From positions 31,749 to 95,748 of the forward strand of contig CAAGGL010000024.1 in the NCBI GenBank assembly GCA_900769405.1: DNA of 64,000 bases, read 5' to 3'. Under the pieces are notes generated by a model that was given only the letters and a program-made list of their open reading frames with translations, had not been told where the DNA came from and did no database searches. The position numbers and the translations under genes were made by a program. This DNA comes from an uncultured Alistipes sp. GTDB lineage: Bacteria > Bacteroidota > Bacteroidia > Bacteroidales > Rikenellaceae. Below are positions 57,825-64,000 of this stretch, one piece after another (the stretch's first letter is position 1; each line of letters starts with the position of its first letter).

Positions 57825-58244
57825 ATGATGGATCAGATTCAAGAGGAGATTATCGAGGAATTCTCGGTTTTTGAGGATTGGTTGGACAAATACGACTATT
57901 TGATCGGACTGAGCGAGGAGGTGCCGCAGATTGCCCCTGAACACCGTACCGATCAATATGTTATCGAGGGTTGTCAGTCGCGTGTTTGGGTTGATGCCGA
58001 GTTGCGTGACGGCAAAGTCTATTTCGCGGCCGATAGCGATGCGATCATCACGAAGGGTATCATCGCGCTGTTGATTCGCGTGATGAATGGTCGCACGCCT
58101 GCCGAGTTGTTGTCGATGGATCTCTATTTCATTGATCAGATTGGTTTGCGCGAGAATCTGTCGCCGACACGCAGCAATGGTCTGCTGGCGATGATCAAGC
58201 AGATGCGAATGTATGCTCTGGCATTTGAGTCGCGCGAAAAGTAG
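57825..58244 (+). CDS. sufE: SufE-like sulfur acceptor protein
   Basis: 139 aa from MMDQIQEE; conserved Cys loop IEGCQSRVW. Confidence 0.8.
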   Translation: MMDQIQEEIIEEFSVFEDWLDKYDYLIGLSEEVPQIAPEHRTDQYVIEGCQSRVWVDAELRDGKVYFAADSDAIITKGIIALLIRVMNGRTPAELLSMDLYFIDQIGLRENLSPTRSNGLLAMIKQMRMYALAFESREK

Positions 58245-58259
58245 TTAAACGAGAGAACG

Positions 58260-58583
58260 ATGATGACTGCCGAGGAGATACTGCGTGTGGAGCGAGATAT
58301 AGTTCTGACACTCAAAAATATATACGACCCCGAGATCCCTGTCAATGTCTATGATTTGGGACTGATCTACGAGATCGACTTCACGCCCGACGGTGTGGCT
58401 ACGATCCGTATGACGCTGACTGCGCCCAACTGCCCGATGGCCGATATTCTGGTTGAGGATGTCAATACGCAGGTAGCGAAAATCAACGGGGTGGAGAAGG
58501 TGAATGTGATTCTCACGTTCGAGCCGCCTTGGGATCGCTCGATGATGAGCGAGGAGGCTCTGCTCGAACTCAATCTGCTTTAA
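58260..58583 (+). CDS. sufT: DUF59 / MIP18-family Fe-S assembly protein (SufT-like)
   Basis: 107 aa; IYDPEIPVNVYDLGLIY and TAPNCP motifs. Confidence 0.75.
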   Translation: MMTAEEILRVERDIVLTLKNIYDPEIPVNVYDLGLIYEIDFTPDGVATIRMTLTAPNCPMADILVEDVNTQVAKINGVEKVNVILTFEPPWDRSMMSEEALLELNLL

Positions 58584-58592
58584 TTCAAATAT

Positions 58593-59849
58593 TTGCAATC
58601 GATGAAGCACGCTGACGATAATGCGCTTTTGCGTCTGCTTTGGAGTGTGGCGGAGTGGCCGTTGGGCTACTATCGCTCGACTGACGGGCGCGAGGTGAGG
58701 GTTGTCGATGGCGGCGAGGTTGTGCCCGAACGCTCGGTGGCGATCGGTGCTCGAATCGAGATCGACGGCTGTTTGTGTAGTGGCACGGTTGCGCTGGGTG
58801 ACGATGTGCGCGAGGCTGCGGACGTGGTGGCGCAATTCACGACCGATCGCCGTGTGGTGCTCAATAGTGCGGGCGAGATGGTGCCGGTGGTGCAGATGGC
58901 GATTCCCGATGCGGCACGCCGAATGTATAACCGCCTGCGCAGTGGTGCTGATCATTTCTATTGTGGCGAACGTCTGCGCGAGATGGATTCGCTGCATCGT
59001 GTGGATCTGTTCACGGGGCTGGTCTTCGACCGTATTGCTCGCAAATATGGTGATATCGACCGCATTTTCGAGCAGAGCAAGGGCGATTGGAATCAGACGC
59101 TTTACGTTATGTTGTTCCGCGTGATGGGCGATGTGCGCAATCGTGAGGCGTATATGAAACTTGCTCAAAGGGTTCCCTATCGAATCATTCAGCGCGAGCG
59201 TCAGGCGGCACACGCGGCCGAGTCGATGTTGCTGTGTGGATCGGGTCTGTTGGAGCAATACGAGGACGATGAGTATCTGCATCGTTTGAAGGCTGATTTC
59301 TTCTATCTTTCGCATAAATATACGATCGAACCGATGTCCTCCAACGAGTGGACACTGTCGGGCGTCATTCCGCGTAATCATCCCGTGCTGCGATTGTCGC
59401 AAATGGCTGAACTGTTGTGCGATAAGGAGTTGCTGTTCTCGAAGGTTATCGAGTGCCGCACGGCCGATGATGTGAGCCGATTGTTTATGGTCGAGGCGTC
59501 GGACTATTGGACTACGCACTACATCCCCGGGCGCCAATCGTCGAGCGCGGTCAAGCGTCTGGGTCGCGCAAAGGCACACTTGATCGGCATTAATCTGGTC
59601 GCGCCGATGCAGTTTTTCTATGCTGCTCGTACGGGCAATGAGGAGTTGCGCCAGCGCGCGGTGGAGCTTTTGGAGAGCATCCCTGCGGAGGATAATCGCT
59701 TTATTCGTGGTTGGTTGGGCGAGGGTGTTCCCGTGCAGAGCGCATTCGATTCGCAGGCCTTGCTGCAACTTTTCAACGAATTTTGCGCAAATGGTCGTTG
59801 TTGCGAGTGCAGATTGGGAAGAAGAGTGATAAAAAAGAGCATAAAATAG
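58593..59849 (+). CDS. DUF2851-family protein
   Basis: 418 aa; family recalled from conserved sufE neighbourhood in Bacteroidetes; C-terminal CCECRLG. Confidence 0.45.
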   Translation: MQSMKHADDNALLRLLWSVAEWPLGYYRSTDGREVRVVDGGEVVPERSVAIGARIEIDGCLCSGTVALGDDVREAADVVAQFTTDRRVVLNSAGEMVPVVQMAIPDAARRMYNRLRSGADHFYCGERLREMDSLHRVDLFTGLVFDRIARKYGDIDRIFEQSKGDWNQTLYVMLFRVMGDVRNREAYMKLAQRVPYRIIQRERQAAHAAESMLLCGSGLLEQYEDDEYLHRLKADFFYLSHKYTIEPMSSNEWTLSGVIPRNHPVLRLSQMAELLCDKELLFSKVIECRTADDVSRLFMVEASDYWTTHYIPGRQSSSAVKRLGRAKAHLIGINLVAPMQFFYAARTGNEELRQRAVELLESIPAEDNRFIRGWLGEGVPVQSAFDSQALLQLFNEFCANGRCCECRLGRRVIKKSIK

Positions 59850-59903
59850 TGTAATGTCGTGAAAAAGCGTTACCTTTGTATGATTAACTAATTAGATATT
59901 CAA

Positions 59904-62900
59904 ATGAGTTTTTTAGAGAAAGCCATTAAACTGTTCCTCGGATCGAAATCGGATAAAGATCGCCGATTGATCGAGCCGTTTGTGGAGCAGATCAAACAGC
60001 GATATGTCGAAATTAATGCATTGACCAATGACGAACTGCGTGAGCGTAGTGCGTCGTTGCGTCGTGAGATAGCCGAGTTCATTGCTCCCGAGGAGAACGA
60101 GATCGCAGCGTTGAAGCGCGAGTTGGAGCAGCCCGAGCCTGCGTTCGATCAGGCGGATATCCGCGAGCGCGAGAAGGCTAAGGATAAGTGGTTGGCCGAT
60201 AAGGAGAGCAAGAGCAAGCGTATCGAGGAGCTCAAAAAGATCGTTAACGAGAAGATCGAGAAGAAACTCTATAACATTCTGCCCGACGCATTCGCAATTA
60301 TGAAATCGACAGCTCGCCGTTTCTCGGAGAGCGAGGAGGTTGTTGTTACGGCTACGCAGTTCGATAAGGACTTGGCAGCTCGCAAGGACTTCGTTACGAT
60401 CAACGATGAGGGCAAGGCTGTTTATAAGAATAGCTGGATCGCAGGTGGTAACCTGTTGAAGTGGAATATGGTTCACTACGACAGCCAGCTCTTTGGTGGT
60501 GTCGTACTGCACTTGGGTCGCGTCGAGGGCTTGAAGAACTCGGACGACGAGAAGCTTCGCGGTCGTATCGCCGAGATGGCAACGGGTGAGGGTAAGACTC
60601 TGGTTGCAACACTGCCCGTATTCCTCAATGCATTGGCCGGTAAGGGTGTACACGTGGTGACGGTGAACGACTATCTGTCGCGTCGTGACTGCGAGTGGAT
60701 GGGCCCGATGTATCAGTTCCACGGTCTGTCGGTTGATTGCATCGATATGCATAAGCCCAATACCGACGAGCGTAAGCGCGCATATCTGGCTGATATTACC
60801 TTCGGTACAAATAACGAGTTCGGTTTCGACTACCTGCGCGATAATATGGCGTCGTCGCCTGCCGATCTGGTGCAGCGCGAGAATCTGCACTATGCGATTG
60901 TCGATGAGGCCGACTCGATCTTGATCGATGATGCTCGTACGCCGTTGATCATTTCGGGTCCCGTGCCTAAGGGCGAGGATCAGATGTTCGAGCAGTATTG
61001 CCCCAACATCGAGCGTCTGTATAACTTGCAGAAGAACTTCGTTACGCAGTTGGTTGCTGAGGCTCGTCGCCTGATTAACGAGGGCAAGAACGAGGAGGGT
61101 GGTATCATTCTCTATCGTGCGCACAAGGGTCTGCCGAAGTATAAGCCTCTGATTAAGTACCTGAGCGAACCTGGTGTGAAGGTGCTGATGCAGAAGACCG
61201 AGAATATCTATATGGCTGATAATAATCGCCGTATGCCCGAGATCACCGACGAGTTGTACTTCGTGATTGACGAGAAGTTGCACTCGGTTGAGCTGACCGA
61301 TAAGGGTCACGAGGTGCTGTCGAAGAGCGTTGGCGAGGATAACTTCTTCGTGTTGCCTAATATTGGCGAGGCAGTTGCCGAGTTGGAGAAGACCGAGATG
61401 ACTGCCGAGGAGAAGGCAGCAAAGCGCGATGAGGTTATTAAGGATTACGCTATCAAGTCGGAGCGTGTTCACACGGTTCAGCAGTTGCTCAAAGCATACG
61501 CAATGTTCGAGAAGGATGTTGAGTATGTTGTGATGGAGGATAAGGTTAAGATCGTCGATGAGCAGACGGGTCGTATTCTTGACGGTCGTCGCTATTCGGA
61601 CGGTCTGCACCAGGCTATTGAGGCTAAGGAGCACGTGAAGGTTGAGGCTGCAACGCAGACCTTCGCTACGATCACCTTGCAGAACTACTTCCGTATGTAT
61701 CACAAGTTGTCGGGTATGACCGGTACGGCTGAGACGGAGGCAAGTGAGTTTTGGAGCATCTACGGTCTGGACGTTGTGGTTATTCCGCCCAACCGCCCGA
61801 TTATTCGTGATGACCGTGAGGATTTGATCTATAAGACCAAGCGCGAGAAGTATAACGCTGTGATTGACGAGATTACGGCAACGGTTAAGACGGGTCGTCC
61901 CGTGTTGGTCGGTACGACTTCGGTCGAGATTTCGGAGTTGTTGAGCCGAATGTTGAAGTTGCGCGGTATCAAGCACAATGTGCTGAATGCGAAGCAGCAC
62001 CAGTTGGAGGCACAGGTTGTCTTGGAGGCAGGTCGCGCAGGTCAGGTTACGATCGCAACCAATATGGCAGGTCGTGGTACCGATATTAAGCTGCCGAAGG
62101 AGGTAATCGAGGCAGGAGGTTTGGCGATCATCGGTACTGAGCGTCACGAGTCGCGTCGTGTCGACCGTCAGTTGCGTGGTCGTGCAGGACGTCAGGGTGA
62201 CCCGGGTTCGTCGCAGTTCTTCGTGTCGTTGGAGGACGATCTGATGCGTCTGTTCGGCTCGGAGCGTATTGCGTCGATGATGGACCGTATGGGTATTCAG
62301 GAGGGTGAGGTTATTCAGGCTTCGATGATGTCGAAGGCTATCGAGCGCGCCCAGAAGAAGGTCGAGGAGAACAACTTCGGTATCCGTAAGCGTCTGTTGG
62401 AGTATGACGACGTGATGAACTCGCAGCGTGAGGTTATCTACACTCGTCGTCGCCACGCACTGTATGGCGAGCGTATCGATATCGACCTCAATAATATTAT
62501 GGTTGACTTCGCTCAGGCATTTGTTGAGGAGAATAATGGCGTTGATTTCGAGGACTTTGGCGTTGAGTTGATCCGTCAGGTTGCAATTCGTCCTTCGTTC
62601 GACGAGAAGACCTACCAGTCGGCTAAGCCCATTGAGTTGATCGAACTGCTGGTCAAGGATTTGCAGGAGGCATATTCGCGCCGTGCCAAGGCTATTGCCG
62701 ATCTCATCGCGCCGGTTATGGAGCGCGTTTATGAGGATCGCAAGGATATGATGGATTCGTCGATTTATGTTCCCGTGACGGACGGTACGTTGGGCTATAA
62801 CGTAGCAGTCAATGTTCAGCGTTGCAAGGATACGAACTGCGCCGAGATCTTCCGTATGTTCACTAAGATGGTGATGTTCACCACGATCGACGATAATTGG

Positions 62901-63296
62901 CGTGAGCACCTGCGCGAGATGGACGATCTGCGCCATAGCGTTCAGAATGCGACCTACGAGCAGAAGGATCCTCTGATGATCTACAAGTTCGAGTCGTTCG
63001 AGCTGTTCAGCAAGATGTTGGTTAAGATCAATCGTGAGGTTCTGTCGATCCTGAATAAGGCGTTCCTCCCCATCCGCGAGAATAGCGCTACTCCGCAGCC
63101 GCAGCGTCAGCACCGTCCTAAGGTCGATGTGAATAAGTTGCAGGCGTCGCGTATGCAGGCAGCGGCTCAGGCTGGTGCAGGCGAGAAGAGCAAGCCCGCA
63201 CCCGTTCAGGTCGAGAAGAAGGTCGGCCGTAACGAGCTTTGCCCCTGCGGTTCGGGTAAGAAGTATAAGCAGTGTCACGGTCGTTTCGAGAAGTAA
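59904..63296 (+). CDS. secA: preprotein translocase ATPase SecA
   Basis: 1130 aa; DEAD-like motor domains, C-terminal zinc-binding [14 protein letters not shown]. Confidence 0.95.
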   Translation: MSFLEKAIKLFLGSKSDKDRRLIEPFVEQIKQRYVEINALTNDELRERSASLRREIAEFIAPEENEIAALKRELEQPEPAFDQADIREREKAKDKWLADKESKSKRIEELKKIVNEKIEKKLYNILPDAFAIMKSTARRFSESEEVVVTATQFDKDLAARKDFVTINDEGKAVYKNSWIAGGNLLKWNMVHYDSQLFGGVVLHLGRVEGLKNSDDEKLRGRIAEMATGEGKTLVATLPVFLNALAGKGVHVVTVNDYLSRRDCEWMGPMYQFHGLSVDCIDMHKPNTDERKRAYLADITFGTNNEFGFDYLRDNMASSPADLVQRENLHYAIVDEADSILIDDARTPLIISGPVPKGEDQMFEQYCPNIERLYNLQKNFVTQLVAEARRLINEGKNEEGGIILYRAHKGLPKYKPLIKYLSEPGVKVLMQKTENIYMADNNRRMPEITDELYFVIDEKLHSVELTDKGHEVLSKSVGEDNFFVLPNIGEAVAELEKTEMTAEEKAAKRDEVIKDYAIKSERVHTVQQLLKAYAMFEKDVEYVVMEDKVKIVDEQTGRILDGRRYSDGLHQAIEAKEHVKVEAATQTFATITLQNYFRMYHKLSGMTGTAETEASEFWSIYGLDVVVIPPNRPIIRDDREDLIYKTKREKYNAVIDEITATVKTGRPVLVGTTSVEISELLSRMLKLRGIKHNVLNAKQHQLEAQVVLEAGRAGQVTIATNMAGRGTDIKLPKEVIEAGGLAIIGTERHESRRVDRQLRGRAGRQGDPGSSQFFVSLEDDLMRLFGSERIASMMDRMGIQEGEVIQASMMSKAIERAQKKVEENNFGIRKRLLEYDDVMNSQREVIYTRRRHALYGERIDIDLNNIMVDFAQAFVEENNGVDFEDFGVELIRQVAIRPSFDEKTYQSAKPIELIELLVKDLQEAYSRRAKAIADLIAPVMERVYEDRKDMMDSSIYVPVTDGTLGYNVAVNVQRCKDTNCAEIFRMFTKMVMFTTIDDNWREHLREMDDLRHSVQNATYEQKDPLMIYKFESFELFSKMLVKINREVLSILNKAFLPIRENSATPQPQRQHRPKVDVNKLQASRMQAAAQAGAGEKSKPAPVQVEKKVGRNELCPCGSGKKYKQCHGRFEK

Positions 63297-63320
63297 TCGA
63301 CTGATTGCATAAGGTTACGA

Positions 63321-63360
63321 ATTAGGGATTTGCCTCGGTGGGGCGAATCCCTAATTTTAT
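63321..63360 (+). terminator. rho-independent terminator of secA
   Basis: TTAGGGATT-tgcctcggtggggcg-AATCCCTAA followed by TTTTAT. Confidence 0.75.
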
Positions 63361-63447
63361 ATGCGTAAAAATGAATATTTCCGCGCGAAGGAGTGCGCGA
63401 CTTCGCCGAAAATTACTAATTTTGTGCTATAACAAAGTTTCGAGAGA

Positions 63448-63993
63448 ATGAATTTCCGATTTACATATCCCCCGATCGAGGGTTTGGTCGTGATCGAGCC
63501 GCAAGTTTTTGGCGATGCGCGTGGCTATTTTATGGAGACGTTCCGCGAGAGCGACTATGCCGAGGCGGGTATTCCGACCCACTTCGTGCAGGAGAACGAG
63601 TCAATGTCGGCCCGTGGCGTGCTGCGCGGTATGCACTTTCAGCGCACCGAGCCGCAGGCTAAGTTAGTACGCGCGGTGAGTGGCGCATTGCTCGATGTTG
63701 CGGTCGATTTGCGCGAGGGTAGTGCGACCTATGGCAAGTGGCACGCCGAACTGCTTACGGCCGAAAATCGACGTCAAATGTTTATTCCTGAGGGTTTTGC
63801 GCACGGTTTCCTCGCTTTGGAAGATGGTACGCGCCTGAGCTATAAATGTAGCCGCTACTATGCTCCGCACGACGAGGCGGGCATTGCGTGGAACGACCCG
63901 ACGGTGGCTGTCGATTGGCAGTTGGAGCAGTGGGGGCTCGATCAGTCGCAACTGATCATCTCGGAGAAGGACAGCAAACTACCGAATCTCTAA
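63448..63993 (+). CDS. rfbC: dTDP-4-dehydrorhamnose 3,5-epimerase
   Basis: 181 aa cupin; RGMHFQ motif. Confidence 0.9.
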   Translation: MNFRFTYPPIEGLVVIEPQVFGDARGYFMETFRESDYAEAGIPTHFVQENESMSARGVLRGMHFQRTEPQAKLVRAVSGALLDVAVDLREGSATYGKWHAELLTAENRRQMFIPEGFAHGFLALEDGTRLSYKCSRYYAPHDEAGIAWNDPTVAVDWQLEQWGLDQSQLIISEKDSKLPNL

Positions 63994-64000
63994 CTCGCGC

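Overview
This is a ~64 kb chromosomal segment with Bacteroidota (Bacteroidales-type) gene content. Family-specific genes include BatD/BatE, an OmpH/Skp chaperone, CotH-, FISUMP-, GSCFA-, DUF2851- and TIGR02757-family proteins, and many lipoproteins with acidic residues after the lipobox Cys. Coding density is about 90%. I call ~64 CDSs and see no rRNA, tRNA, CRISPR array, integrase or transposase. Most genes are high-GC (roughly 55-60%, G/C-ending codons) and housekeeping: sufSDCB plus a distant sufE-sufT, fba, class I fumarase, recR, rubredoxin-sodB, korAB, trxA, radA, folP-coaE, ruvA, era, ffh, rluB, rplM-rpsI, rpsB-tsf, ispE, secA and rfbC. Many convergent gene pairs share strong bidirectional hairpin terminators. 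The local GC estimates are by eye, not computed. Five visibly AT-rich (~35-40% GC) segments interrupt the native composition. They carry an orphan lipoprotein (7.2 kb), an orphan cytoplasmic protein (25.2 kb), a PD-(D/E)xK nuclease-like gene (31.7 kb) and two diverged, inverted copies of a surface-lipoprotein + small outer-membrane beta-barrel module (33.9-36.1 kb and 42.9-45.7 kb). A second unusual signal is a heptanucleotide tandem repeat (CACAATT)n at the 3' ends of two separate transcripts, one of which encodes the C-terminal tail of an ABC ATPase. I could not run any database search, so all family assignments are from motif recognition and should be confirmed with HMM searches.
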